Assembly: GCF_000737315.1 (NCBI RefSeq)
Contig: NZ_JMCB01000002.1
Span: 20,001-268,000 of the forward strand
Direction of reading: 5' to 3'
Source: Hyalangium minutum
Lineage (GTDB): Bacteria; Myxococcota; Myxococcia; Myxococcales; Myxococcaceae
Length of the DNA: 248,000 nucleotides
This document shows positions 111,359 to 121,451 of this stretch, one piece after another. The position numbers and the translations under genes were made by a program. Positions within the stretch are counted from its first letter, which is position 1; every line of letters starts with the position of its first letter. The notes below the pieces were generated by a model, which was given only the letters and a program-made list of their open reading frames with translations, searched no databases and was not told the DNA's origin.

Positions 111359-112953
111359 GGTACAGCGCGCGGCTGCTGCTCGCGGGGTGGGTGGTGCTCG
111401 GGGTGGGCTGTGCCCACAAGCTGCCGGGGCTCACTCCCGAGGTGTTCTCCGGTCTGCGCGAGCAGCCCGGGAACTACGTGGCGGGAAAGACGGTGGGGCT
111501 GTCGGATGGGCCGCTGCTCAACAACAAGGACTTCGTCTACACCATCGGCTTCTCGCCGGACAGCTCGCGCGTGGCGTACACGCACCTGGGGCCGAAGTTC
111601 TATGAGCTCGCGCTGTGGACGCTGGTCCCAGAGCCCAAGCTCGTGGCTGACAAGACCGTCAACCCCTACGAGTTCGACATCGAGGCCGTGAGCTTCTCTC
111701 CGGACGGCGGGCTGGTGGCCACGGCCGGGCGGGACGGCGCGGTGCGCCTCTTCGATGCCTCCACCAATGAACCCAAGGGACGGGTGCTGGCCGAGGAGCC
111801 CCTCACCGCCATGACCTTCCACCCGAGCGGCCGCTATGTGGTGGTGGGCAGCGCGAAGGGACTCATCTCCGTCTTCAGCGTGCCTCAGCTGGCCTTCGTC
111901 TATGAAGTCCGGGCCCACATGGGGCCGGTGAGCGCGCTGGCCTTCACGGCCGAGGGCGCGCTGTACAGCGGCAGCTGGGACAAGCACGTGCGCGCCTGGG
112001 AGTCTCGGGAGGAGGTGCTGCGCACGGATCAGGCCCGCGTCATCTTCGACAGGCGCGGCGGCTTCAGCGTGGTGCGCGGAGGCGTCAACGGCAAGGCGCA
112101 GGCCTCCTTCGCGCTGGACACGCGCGCCCCCGCCATCATCCTCAACACCGAGACGGCCACCCAGGCCGGCATCGACGTGGCCTTCCTGAAGGACACACTC
112201 ACGGTGCCCACGCCCCTGGGCAACACCGTGGCGAAGCTGGCGCGCGGCCAGTCCCTGCGCTTCAAGTCCCTGCCCGTGGAGAACGTGGACATCGCCATCT
112301 GCGACGTGTGCGTGCCCACGGGCGCTCAGGGCGTGCTGGGGACGCCCTTCCTCGAGCGCTTCGACGTCAGCTTCGATGAGTCCACCCATGAGGCGATCCT
112401 CACCTCGAAGGCGGGCGCCGTGCCGGGTGCGGAGGCGCAGGGCCTGGCGCTGAACCCGAAGAGCGACTTCGTCTTCGAGGGCCACGTCAACGACGTCACC
112501 GTGGATGCCAAGGGCCAGCGGCTGGGCGTGGCGTTCTCGGAGGAGAAGGCGGAGCGCTCGCGCACCGTCTACGAGCGCGAGAAGAACAAGGTCGTCGAGC
112601 CCCAGGCCCCCTTCAATGCGGGCGCGCTGGTGGACGCCGCCACGGGCCAGGTTCTCCAGAAGTGGCCCATCCACCACGGCGTGGTGTCCACGGCCAGCAT
112701 CTCTCCGGATGGGCGCTCACTGGCCTCGGGCGGCTGGGACAAGCGCCTGCTGCTGTTCACCGAGGGCAATGCCCAACCCCTGGATGAGCGTGAGTTCGGC
112801 TGGTCCGTGCGCCGGGTGCGCTTCAGCCCGGATGGGCGCTGGGTCGCCGTTGCCGCGTGGACGCCGCAGAACCCCATCGGAGACCAGGAGAGTGATCCGG
112901 CCGCGGCGCTCTTCGAGGTGGCCTACGAGCAGCCCTCGGTGGAGCGGCGCTGA
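111355..112953 (+). CDS. WD40-repeat lipoprotein with retropepsin-like insert
   Basis: SGSWDK, SGGWDK; FALDTRA. Confidence 0.7.
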   Translation: MRYSARLLLAGWVVLGVGCAHKLPGLTPEVFSGLREQPGNYVAGKTVGLSDGPLLNNKDFVYTIGFSPDSSRVAYTHLGPKFYELALWTLVPEPKLVADKTVNPYEFDIEAVSFSPDGGLVATAGRDGAVRLFDASTNEPKGRVLAEEPLTAMTFHPSGRYVVVGSAKGLISVFSVPQLAFVYEVRAHMGPVSALAFTAEGALYSGSWDKHVRAWESREEVLRTDQARVIFDRRGGFSVVRGGVNGKAQASFALDTRAPAIILNTETATQAGIDVAFLKDTLTVPTPLGNTVAKLARGQSLRFKSLPVENVDIAICDVCVPTGAQGVLGTPFLERFDVSFDESTHEAILTSKAGAVPGAEAQGLALNPKSDFVFEGHVNDVTVDAKGQRLGVAFSEEKAERSRTVYEREKNKVVEPQAPFNAGALVDAATGQVLQKWPIHHGVVSTASISPDGRSLASGGWDKRLLLFTEGNAQPLDEREFGWSVRRVRFSPDGRWVAVAAWTPQNPIGDQESDPAAALFEVAYEQPSVERR

Positions 112954-113643
112954 CTAGAAGTTCTGGGAGATGGCGTGCGCGGGCAGCCCTCGGGCCAGCA
113001 GCGCCGAGATGACGCCCTGCACCATCTCCTTCTGGCCGCACACGAAGGCCCGGGTGCCCAGCGCGAGGGGCTCCTCCTTCAGGTGCGCCTGCACGTAGCC
113101 CGTGAGGCCCTGCCAGCCGCTGGCACCGGGCTGGCTCACCGTGGGCACCACGTGGATGTCGGCCTGCTCCCAGGTCTTGAAGTCTCGCGCGTACGCGAAC
113201 GCTCCGGGCGTGCGCGCGCCGAAGTACAGCGTCACCTTCCCGTAGGCCTCCCGCTCCTGGCGGATGCTCTCGATGACGGAGCGGATGGGCGAGATGCCCG
113301 AGCCGGTCGCGAACAGGAGCACATCCCTCTCCCGCGCCTGCTCCAGCGGGAAGCCGGGGCCCTCGGGACGGCTCACGTCCACCTGCTTGCCCAGGCCCAG
113401 GTGGACCAGCGCGTCCGTGAGGGGGCTGGTGGCCTTGACCAGCAAATCCCATTGCTCGGCCCCCGGCGGCGAGGCGAGGGCGAACAGGCCTTCCGTGGCG
113501 CCGGGCAGACGCAGATGGACATACTGTCCCGGCCTCTGGTGTGCCCCTCGCAGAGGAGTGCCCGAGAGGTCGAGCGTCAGATCGGTCAGCCCATCCGCCG
113601 CCGGCGAACAGGCCACCAGGGTGGCCGGGAACCATTCGGTCAT
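112954..113643 (-). CDS. FAD/NAD-binding oxidoreductase (ferredoxin reductase-like)
   Basis: PGQY; FATGSGISP; CGQKEMV. Confidence 0.85.
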   Translation of the reverse strand: MTEWFPATLVACSPAADGLTDLTLDLSGTPLRGAHQRPGQYVHLRLPGATEGLFALASPPGAEQWDLLVKATSPLTDALVHLGLGKQVDVSRPEGPGFPLEQARERDVLLFATGSGISPIRSVIESIRQEREAYGKVTLYFGARTPGAFAYARDFKTWEQADIHVVPTVSQPGASGWQGLTGYVQAHLKEEPLALGTRAFVCGQKEMVQGVISALLARGLPAHAISQNF

Positions 113644-113692
113644 GTCTCTCCCGTTTTAACCCGCGAGCGCGTTTGGCGCCTCCCTGGTAGCC

Positions 113693-114481
113693 TTGGGGGC
113701 TGTGAAGGCCATCATCTGGATATCGCTTTTTATGCTGGGGCTGGGAGGGGTGCTCTTCCCGGCCTATTACCTCTACAAGGCGAGCAAGCTGCCCCCCATG
113801 GACAGCGAGTTCGAGATCGAGAAGCAGCTCAAGCACGCCATTGAAGGCGATCGCATGAGTCTGGTGTCCGGCATGTACGTGAAGCCGGACCGGTCCATCA
113901 CCTTCAACCGTCCGGACTTCACGCGGCTGCCCAAGGACCTGGTGGCCATCTACATCACCCAGATGGGGTGCCCGCAGTTCTTCCAGACGCCGCGCGAGGA
114001 CGGGTTCGCCTGGGCCTGGCGGCTCTTTGTCGGCGCCACCGTGGGTGGCCAGCCGCCGGGAGATGGCGGCTGTGAGCACATCCTCGCCTACCGGATCGCG
114101 TGGAAGCTGGGGGTGCGCGATGAGATGGAGCTGACGGTGGCCTCCAACAAGCTCCACGCCTTCCTCCAGAAGGATCAGCTCATCGCGTACGACCTGGCCA
114201 TCATCCAGTTCGAGCGCGGCGTGGTGGGCGTGGAGGACGCCGCCTACAAGCTCTTCGGCCGCGAGCTGGACAAGCTGTCGCTGGCGGAGCTCGGAGAGCT
114301 GCAGCTGGCCCTGCCGCCGTACGGCTACTACGACGACCTGAAGACCTGCCAGAACGCGGCCATCATGAAGCAGAACCGCGACCTCGTCCTGAAGTACACC
114401 GCCGGCGTGGAGCTGCTGGGCCGCGACAAGGTGAACAACGCCCTCGCCCAGCCGGTCTTCTGCACCCAGCGCAAGCAGTGA
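113693..114481 (+). CDS. Transglycosylase-like domain protein
   Basis: GVVGVEDAAYKLFGR..LSLAE. Confidence 0.65.
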   Translation: MGAVKAIIWISLFMLGLGGVLFPAYYLYKASKLPPMDSEFEIEKQLKHAIEGDRMSLVSGMYVKPDRSITFNRPDFTRLPKDLVAIYITQMGCPQFFQTPREDGFAWAWRLFVGATVGGQPPGDGGCEHILAYRIAWKLGVRDEMELTVASNKLHAFLQKDQLIAYDLAIIQFERGVVGVEDAAYKLFGRELDKLSLAELGELQLALPPYGYYDDLKTCQNAAIMKQNRDLVLKYTAGVELLGRDKVNNALAQPVFCTQRKQ

Positions 114482-114499
114482 GGTGCCGCGCTCCGGCGC

Positions 114500-116551
114500 C
114501 TACTTGCGGTTGAGGTACGTCCGCTCGAAGTTGCTCATCATGAACTCGACGCTGCGGCGGTCGTCGGCGCTGTCGGCGGCGGCCGCGCCCTTGCGGATGC
114601 GGTCGAACATGTTGCGGGCGGACGAGGCGTCCTTGATTTGCCCCGACTTGATGAGCCCCTCCATGTCGCGCCGGAGGCGATCCACGCTGTTCAGCAGCTC
114701 CTGCTGAGCGGCGGAGCGGGTGTTGCCCGGGCGGGGCGTCGTCTTCACGGTGCCCGGCTTGGACGCCTCGGTCGGATCCACGGGCAGCTGCGGCGTGGGC
114801 GTCGTCTCGGGCGCGGGGGTGGGGTTCACCGGGGTGCCCGGGTTCGGCGTCGGAGGCGTGATGGCTTCGGTGGGGGTCGTCGCGACCGGGTTGGCCGGAG
114901 GCGTCACCGGCGGCGTGGGGTTCGGCTGCGTCGGCTGCGGAGGAGGCGTGACAGGCCCGGTCGGCGTGGCCACGACGGGAGGCGTGTTCACCGGAGTGTC
115001 CGTCCCACGGCTGCGGAACAGCAGCACGCCGACGGCTCCCAGCAGCACCGCGGCAGCCACTGCGATGGGCACCACGCGCTTGTTGGGCGAGGTGAGGCCC
115101 GCGGCGCGCTTCTCCGCGGGAGAGAGCTCGGGCGACGGCAGCGGAGCCGGCGGGGTGGCCTGGCGCGGCACCGGCTCCTCGGCCTTCGCGGCCATGGGGA
115201 CAGGAACGGGTTGCTCCCCGGTCATGGGCGCCAGGGACACCGGATCCGGCGGCGCGGGCACCGCCGGGACCTTCACCGAGTCGGAGATGACGACGACGGC
115301 GGAGACCTCTTCGGTGGACGGAGCCGAGGCGGCGGGGGCGGGCGTGGGCGTGAGGGCCCGGGCAGGAGCGATCTGGGCGGCCGCGGCGGCCTGGGCCCGC
115401 GTGGGCCGCAGCATGGTGCGGCGCAGGCGGTGGAGCTGCTGGCGCAGGGCATCCGCGGAGCTGGGGCGAGCCTCCGGATCCTTCGTCAGCATCTGCAGGA
115501 TGAAGGCATCCAGCGCGGGCGGCAGCTCGGGCACGAACTCCGAGGGCCGAGGCGGCCGCGCGTCCACGTGCTTCATCAGCAGGTCCACCGGCGAGGTGCC
115601 GATGAAGGGCAGCCGGCCGGTGACCATCTCGAAGGTGACGACGCCCATGGCGTACAGGTCCGTCATCGGACCCACGGCCTGGCCGCGGGCCTGCTCCGGC
115701 GCCATGTACTCCGGCGTGCCCACCACCATGTCCGTGCGCGTCTGCGCGGTGCGCGCGGCCGCGCCGCTCTGGCCCTGCTTGGCGAGACCGAAGTCCAGCA
115801 GCTTCACGTAGCGCGTGCCGCCCGGCTCGCGTACCAGGAAGATGTTGCTCGGCTTCAGGTCGCGGTGCACCACGCCCGCGCCGTGCGCGGCGCCCAGCGC
115901 GGCCAGCACCTCATCGAGGATGGAGAGCGCCTCGGTGGGCGGCAGCCGCCCCTTCTCCGCCAGATAGGCGTCGAGCGGCTGCCCATCCAGGAACTCCATG
116001 ACGATGTACTGCCGCCCGTCCGGCACCTGCCCGAAGCCGAAGATGTCGATGATGCCGCGGTGGCGGATGGCGTTGACGGCGCGGGCCTCGGCCAGCAGGC
116101 GAGCCACCTGCTCGGGGGCCTGCGCCAGCTCGGGCCGCAGCACCTTCACCGCCACGCGCTTGCCAATGAGTGGCTGGATGCCGTCGTACACGAAGCCCAT
116201 GCCGCCCACGCCGATGCGCGAGCGCAGCTCGTACTCCCCGAGCTTCATGCCGATCAGCGGATCTCTCGTGGGTGGCTCTTCTCCCCACATGGCGGCGGTG
116301 GCCGCAGCGGCCTGAGAGTCATCCGCGGTGGGGCTGCGAGGAGGTGCCTCCTCGCCCCAGGCGAATGGGGCCGAGCGCCCGCGAGAGGGAGGCTCTTCGC
116401 CCCACACGTTCCGACGATGATCGATCTGGGTGCTCTCTTCGTCGTCTCGGGCCATGAAGGACGAAAGGATGACCGTTCCGTCCCGTGGGCACACGCCGGC
116501 GCCAGGAGGGACTTCCAGACCACAGGTTTCACACGTGCGCGCGGAGGCCAT
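114500..116551 (-). CDS. Membrane Ser/Thr kinase
   Basis: GVGGMG; HRDLKPSN; DFG; APE; TM. Confidence 0.92.
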   Translation of the reverse strand: MASARTCETCGLEVPPGAGVCPRDGTVILSSFMARDDEESTQIDHRRNVWGEEPPSRGRSAPFAWGEEAPPRSPTADDSQAAAATAAMWGEEPPTRDPLIGMKLGEYELRSRIGVGGMGFVYDGIQPLIGKRVAVKVLRPELAQAPEQVARLLAEARAVNAIRHRGIIDIFGFGQVPDGRQYIVMEFLDGQPLDAYLAEKGRLPPTEALSILDEVLAALGAAHGAGVVHRDLKPSNIFLVREPGGTRYVKLLDFGLAKQGQSGAAARTAQTRTDMVVGTPEYMAPEQARGQAVGPMTDLYAMGVVTFEMVTGRLPFIGTSPVDLLMKHVDARPPRPSEFVPELPPALDAFILQMLTKDPEARPSSADALRQQLHRLRRTMLRPTRAQAAAAAQIAPARALTPTPAPAASAPSTEEVSAVVVISDSVKVPAVPAPPDPVSLAPMTGEQPVPVPMAAKAEEPVPRQATPPAPLPSPELSPAEKRAAGLTSPNKRVVPIAVAAAVLLGAVGVLLFRSRGTDTPVNTPPVVATPTGPVTPPPQPTQPNPTPPVTPPANPVATTPTEAITPPTPNPGTPVNPTPAPETTPTPQLPVDPTEASKPGTVKTTPRPGNTRSAAQQELLNSVDRLRRDMEGLIKSGQIKDASSARNMFDRIRKGAAAADSADDRRSVEFMMSNFERTYLNRK

Positions 116552-116701
116552 CGGGGAATTCAGGGCTCGCAGCCTAGCAGACTGCGGGACTGTCGCCGAT
116601 CTGTCGATTCCAGGAAAGCAGGGAAGCAGACAGGCGCCTCGGAGCGCCTCGCCAACCCCCGTGACGGGTAGATCGCCCTACCCACACGCAGCAGGAGAGG
116701 A

Positions 116702-118348
116702 TCAGGGGCAGCCTGGGGAGTTGAGCTGCTGCCCCGGCTGTCCGGCATTTCCCCCGGTACCCGGAGCTCCACCTACACCGCCGTCCCCGAGCACCATCGT
116801 CGCGCTGCCGGTGTAGGCGGCATTCGGGCCGCACCAGATGCCCACGGAGGGCCCGCCGCCACCGCCGCCGCCGGGGCCGCCCGGACCCCCATGGCCTCCG
116901 GGGCCACCCGGGCCGCCGTCTCCGCCATAGGAGTTGTAGGTGGCCGAGGTGTTGATGCCGCGCGCGCCGCCGATACCACCGGGGCCACCGCCGCCGCCAG
117001 GTCCGCCCTCGCCGCCCTTGCCACCCCGGCCGCCGCCGCGAGTGATGAGCGTCGAGTCTCCCTCGAAGGAGACGTTGGATTGGACCAGCAGCACGGCGAT
117101 GGAGGCGCCACCGCCACCGCCGCCGCCGCCAGCACCACCACCACATCCGCCGCCACCACCACCGCCACTTCCACCTCCCGAGGCGCCTTCGACAATCGGG
117201 GCCGACTCACGCTTGCACGAGCCACCACTGCCACCGCCGCCGCCACCGCTGCCAGGGGTGCCCGGGTCCCCGGAGCCGCCCTGCTGGTTGGCGACCCACT
117301 GGGTGCCAAGCAGCTCGCCCATGCCCGAGCCGCTGGAGCCCGGCGTGCCTGCGTTGCCCGGTTGGCCTGGCAGGCCCGGCCCGCCCGTGCCGGCCGTGCA
117401 GACGATCAGAGGAGGGGAGGTATTGGTGGAACCCGCTGCACCTCCGGCTCCGCCCTCGCCTCCCAAGGCCGTTGGATTGCCCTTCAGCCCTGCGAAGCCC
117501 GCCGAGGAGTTGCCTCCCTGGGCGCCGTTGTTGCCATCTCCGCCTGAGACGTTCACCCCATCGCAGAGGGTGAGGCCACCGGCGCCGTAGCTCCCCGCGT
117601 TGGCAACGCCACCATCGCCGCCGGGGTTGCCCACGCCGCCATCCAACCCCTGGCTCCCATTGGCCCCGAGGGTCCCCTGTGCTCCCAGACCCGCAATGAA
117701 GGTGCTGTAGCGCAGCCGGATGTCCTGCGAGTTGATGACCTGCAGGGCAATGGAGGCGGTGCCTGGGGCAGTCGCGTTGTCGGAGCGGACGGTGAGGTGA
117801 TCCAGCACCGCGGGTGAGCTCGGAGTGATGTCCTTGATGACCAGACCGATGGGACCGCCATCCAGGAAGCTGGTGAAGCTGTTGCTGCGATCCCAGTTGT
117901 TGTCGCGCCCGCCATAGGCGCCGTACAGCGAGATCTGGCTGTCGATGGTGAGCCCTGGTTCGTTGTAGGCGCCCTGCGCGAGGTACACGCGCTTGGGCGC
118001 GTTGGGCGCCTTCGTACGCTCGAGCGCCTCGCCGAGCGTCAGCAGTGGGTCCTCGGAGGTGCCCGCGCCGCCGGCCCTTCCGCGGATCGGATCCACGAAG
118101 ATGCCGCCGTCGGCCATGCCGTCCACGCCGTCGCAGTTGCGATCGCGGAATTCGTCATCGGGCTCGTCGTCATCGCCCTGGAACTGACAGGCCACGCCGC
118201 CATCCGGTTTGACACAGTTGCCGGTGGTCTCGCAGCGCTGCTTCGCCTCATCGAAGTTGAAGCAACCCACGGCGGCGAGCACGCCCACCAGCGATGCCCC
118301 GATCAGGCGGGGCTTCCACGTATTCAGCATAACGCTCCTCACGGCCAC
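116702..118348 (-). CDS. Glycine-rich (PGRS-like) lipoprotein with beta-helix-like region
   Basis: Lipobox AVGC; DxNCDG; GGxGGxG repeats. Confidence 0.7.
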   Translation of the reverse strand: MAVRSVMLNTWKPRLIGASLVGVLAAVGCFNFDEAKQRCETTGNCVKPDGGVACQFQGDDDEPDDEFRDRNCDGVDGMADGGIFVDPIRGRAGGAGTSEDPLLTLGEALERTKAPNAPKRVYLAQGAYNEPGLTIDSQISLYGAYGGRDNNWDRSNSFTSFLDGGPIGLVIKDITPSSPAVLDHLTVRSDNATAPGTASIALQVINSQDIRLRYSTFIAGLGAQGTLGANGSQGLDGGVGNPGGDGGVANAGSYGAGGLTLCDGVNVSGGDGNNGAQGGNSSAGFAGLKGNPTALGGEGGAGGAAGSTNTSPPLIVCTAGTGGPGLPGQPGNAGTPGSSGSGMGELLGTQWVANQQGGSGDPGTPGSGGGGGGSGGSCKRESAPIVEGASGGGSGGGGGGGCGGGAGGGGGGGGASIAVLLVQSNVSFEGDSTLITRGGGRGGKGGEGGPGGGGGPGGIGGARGINTSATYNSYGGDGGPGGPGGHGGPGGPGGGGGGGPSVGIWCGPNAAYTGSATMVLGDGGVGGAPGTGGNAGQPGQQLNSPGCP

Positions 118349-119340
118349 GTCCCGACCAGACCCACCATGCCCCCACCGGGGCCCACGGTGACAGTGGGCT
118401 GCACCGGCTTTTCATCTCCAGGGAACAGATAAAACACGCCCGCCGTCACGAGCGCGGCGGCGCCCACTCCAAAGGTGATGCGGCTCAGGTTCTGGGCGCT
118501 GCGCCCATCTCTGGCGAGCTCATCCGGGTTTCGGATGGGGCTGTCGGGGCTGCCGCCCGAGGAAAGCTCGTTGTACTTGCTCCGCGCCTTCAGGAAGAAG
118601 AACGTGCCCGCACCCGCGGAGGCCACGCCCACTGCGGCGGGCGCCCAGGCCCAGCGGCGCAGATTGGCCTTTGGAGCGGGCTTGGCCGGCACGGGCTCCA
118701 CCACCGGAGGCGGCTTCACCAGGGTGTCGCCCGGAGGTGGCTTCACCAGGGTGTCGCCCGGAGGCGGCTCGGTTCCGCCCGTCGGAGTCGAGGGGGTGGT
118801 GTCGGGAGGCGGCTGTGGAACTTCGGGCGGTGCCTGCGAGGGGCGCAGCTGTCGGATCAGCTGCGGTACCACCGCATCCAGGGACTGAGTGAGCGCGTCG
118901 AGCATTCCGTCCTCTCGGACCCCGGGAATGAGGTTCTCGGACACGAGCCCGCCATCGGATGTCTTGTAGATCTTCGTGCCCACGCGGTAGCCGTCCACGC
119001 GTTGCAGCAGCTCGGCCACCAACACCACGTCGCTCTTGGCCGCCTCGCCCAGCGCGGTGAGGCACCGCAGCTCCGTGCGCTTGCACTTCAAGAGCTGGCG
119101 GCGCTTGGCGGAGGACAGCTTGCGCATGAAGTCCTTCATCCGGATCACCGTGAGGCCCTTGGAGCGGGCCTGCTCGGCGACGTGCTCCTGGGCGAACTCC
119201 ACGACGTGCCCCGGCACGCCCGCTGTGTCCGCGGGGGCGATCAGCACGGTGATGGGCCCATCCGCGGCGGCGGGCGCCTGGTTGAGCAGGACGAAGGTGA
119301 GGAGAAGGGGTGTCAGCACGGGGGGTGACTTTCTCCTCAT
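118339..119340 (-). CDS. Exported/membrane hypothetical protein
   Basis: Signal peptide, Pro-rich linker, C-terminal TM. Confidence 0.55.
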   Translation of the reverse strand: MRRKSPPVLTPLLLTFVLLNQAPAAADGPITVLIAPADTAGVPGHVVEFAQEHVAEQARSKGLTVIRMKDFMRKLSSAKRRQLLKCKRTELRCLTALGEAAKSDVVLVAELLQRVDGYRVGTKIYKTSDGGLVSENLIPGVREDGMLDALTQSLDAVVPQLIRQLRPSQAPPEVPQPPPDTTPSTPTGGTEPPPGDTLVKPPPGDTLVKPPPVVEPVPAKPAPKANLRRWAWAPAAVGVASAGAGTFFFLKARSKYNELSSGGSPDSPIRNPDELARDGRSAQNLSRITFGVGAAALVTAGVFYLFPGDEKPVQPTVTVGPGGGMVGLVGTWP

Positions 119341-119523
119341 GCTGCCACTCAAGCAAGACTGTGACTGCGCCCCAGGGCTCTCCCGGGCAAAGGCAGGCCC
119401 CAGGGCTGCCGCTCCCCGTTGTGCCCAGCCACTCTCCCTGTCCTGGAGGGCGGTAGGACACTGCCCTACTTATCTCTTGGGTTGGCTTCGCCTGGGAGCG
119501 GGCTTCGGGCCAAAAGGGCCGGT

Positions 119524-121374
119524 TCAGCGGCGCGGGCGGTCGGGCGGAGGAGCGCGGATTTGCGTCTTCTCGCTGTTTCCCGAGTTGGAGCCAGCATCAT
119601 CCTCCGCCTCGTCCTCGGGGGCCGGACGGGCGGTGGCGACAGGTGCCGGGCGGCGAGGAGGCACGCCAGCGGGGGGCCGGACGGCGGGGCTGGAGCCGGT
119701 GGTCGCCCGGTTGGGCACCCCTGCGGGCGCAGGCAAGGGGCGGCGGGGAGGGGCGGAGGCGGGACGAGAGGAGGCGGCCTCCGCGAGCAGATCCTCGGAG
119801 ATCTCCACCTTGGGTTCGTCCTTGGGAGGCATGCCCGAGTGGGTGGAGTCCTCCTGCGGCGCGCTGAGGTCATCCTCCTCGGCGGCGCGGGCGAAGGGGT
119901 TGCGGGTGGGCGGCGGCGTCTTGTCCTCGTCGGACAGGGCGTTCTGCGCGGGCCGAGGCGGGGGAGGGGACCGGGCCTGCGCCGAAGCGGGCGCCGGAGG
120001 CGGCTTCGCGGCGGACGTGGGAGCCGGCTTGGCCATGGAGGGCGGCAGGTTGGCGGGCACCTGCACCTGCGCGGCGGGTGCGGGCGGCAGGGCGGGTGCG
120101 GCGGGCTTGCCGTCCTTGGCGTGCTGCGCGTCCACCTGGAGCTTCTTCTCGAAGTCCTGCCACTGCTTCTTGTACTCGGAGGGATCCGGCCGGCCCTGCT
120201 CGCGGTGCTTCAGCGAGGGCGCCCAGCGCACCTCGTACGAAGAGCCCACCTGGAACGAGGGCGGAGGCGGCACGCCATAGGTGGCGGGGTCGAAGAAGGA
120301 CTCGTCCAGGTCCTGGAAGCCGTACGCGCGGGCCTTGGAGACGAAGGTGGGGACGATGCCGGTGGGCGCGTGGTAGCCGAGGATGTGGCCGTCCTCGTCC
120401 TTGGTCACCGGGGTGAAGACGAAGATGTCCTGGGTGCGGTAGTCGCCCTTCTCGTTGAGCGGGAGCACCTCGGAGAGGGCAATCGTCTTGCGGCTGCCGT
120501 CATGGAGACGCTCGCAGCAGACGATGAAGTTGATGGCGCTGGCCACCTGGGCGCGCACGGCGACCATGGGCAGCTCCACGGCGGACATGAGGCACAGCGA
120601 CTCGATGCGGCGCAGCGTGTCCGTGGGCGTGTTGGCGTGACAGGTGGCCAGCGAGCCGCCGTGGCCGGTGTTCATCGCCTGCACCAGGTAGAAGGCCTCG
120701 CCGCCGCGCACCTCGCCCACGACGATGCGGTCTGGGCGCAGACGCAGGGCCGAGTGCAGCAGGTCTCCCATGTCCACGCCGCCCTTGCCGAACTTGTCCG
120801 GCGGGCGGCTCTCGAAGGCCACCAGGTGCGACTGGTTGAGCTGGAGCTCCGCCGAGTCCTCGATGGTGAGGATGCGCTCCTCGTCCGGGATGAGCGAGGA
120901 GACGATGTTGAGCAGCGTCGTCTTTCCGGAGCCCGTACCGCCGGACACCAGCATGTTGAGCTTGGTGTGGATGCCCGCGTCGATGAGGCGCGCCATCTGC
121001 GGCGTCATCGACTTGTACTGGATGAGCGCGTCGATCGTCAGCTTGTCCTTGAAGAACTTGCGGATCGAGATGGTGGTGCCGCGCCGGGCGATGGGCGGAA
121101 TCACGACGTGGATACGGCTGCCGTCGGGCAGACGCGCGTCCAGGCGGGGGCGCTCGTCGCTGAGGATGCGGCCGACGAACTGCGCCATGTTGCGCGCGGC
121201 GCCCAGGAGGCCTTCCTCGGAGAAGACGGCGTCTGTTTTCGACAGGCGGCCCTTCTTCTCGATCCAGATGTCGGCCGGACCGTTGATCATGATCTCCGAG
121301 ACGGCGGGATCATCCAGGTACGGGAGGACCGGCTTGAGAAACGCCCGAAGCGACTCTGTGTACATCGAGGACAT
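119524..121374 (-). CDS. CpaF/TadA family ATPase with Pro-rich tail
   Basis: GGTGSGKTT; IEDSAEL; LRPDRIVVGEVRG. Confidence 0.92.
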   Translation of the reverse strand: MSSMYTESLRAFLKPVLPYLDDPAVSEIMINGPADIWIEKKGRLSKTDAVFSEEGLLGAARNMAQFVGRILSDERPRLDARLPDGSRIHVVIPPIARRGTTISIRKFFKDKLTIDALIQYKSMTPQMARLIDAGIHTKLNMLVSGGTGSGKTTLLNIVSSLIPDEERILTIEDSAELQLNQSHLVAFESRPPDKFGKGGVDMGDLLHSALRLRPDRIVVGEVRGGEAFYLVQAMNTGHGGSLATCHANTPTDTLRRIESLCLMSAVELPMVAVRAQVASAINFIVCCERLHDGSRKTIALSEVLPLNEKGDYRTQDIFVFTPVTKDEDGHILGYHAPTGIVPTFVSKARAYGFQDLDESFFDPATYGVPPPPSFQVGSSYEVRWAPSLKHREQGRPDPSEYKKQWQDFEKKLQVDAQHAKDGKPAAPALPPAPAAQVQVPANLPPSMAKPAPTSAAKPPPAPASAQARSPPPPRPAQNALSDEDKTPPPTRNPFARAAEEDDLSAPQEDSTHSGMPPKDEPKVEISEDLLAEAASSRPASAPPRRPLPAPAGVPNRATTGSSPAVRPPAGVPPRRPAPVATARPAPEDEAEDDAGSNSGNSEKTQIRAPPPDRPRR

Positions 121375-121451
121375 GGCGGAGCAAGGCTAGCCCGAGCCGC
121401 GCCCTGAACCCAACATCCCGTGGTCGCTTCCCTGCCGAGGGGAGGGGCGGC

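Noticed and set aside
118700-118770. 27-bp tandem duplication
   Set aside because: Encodes a Pro-rich linker (PPGDTLVKP twice); low significance.
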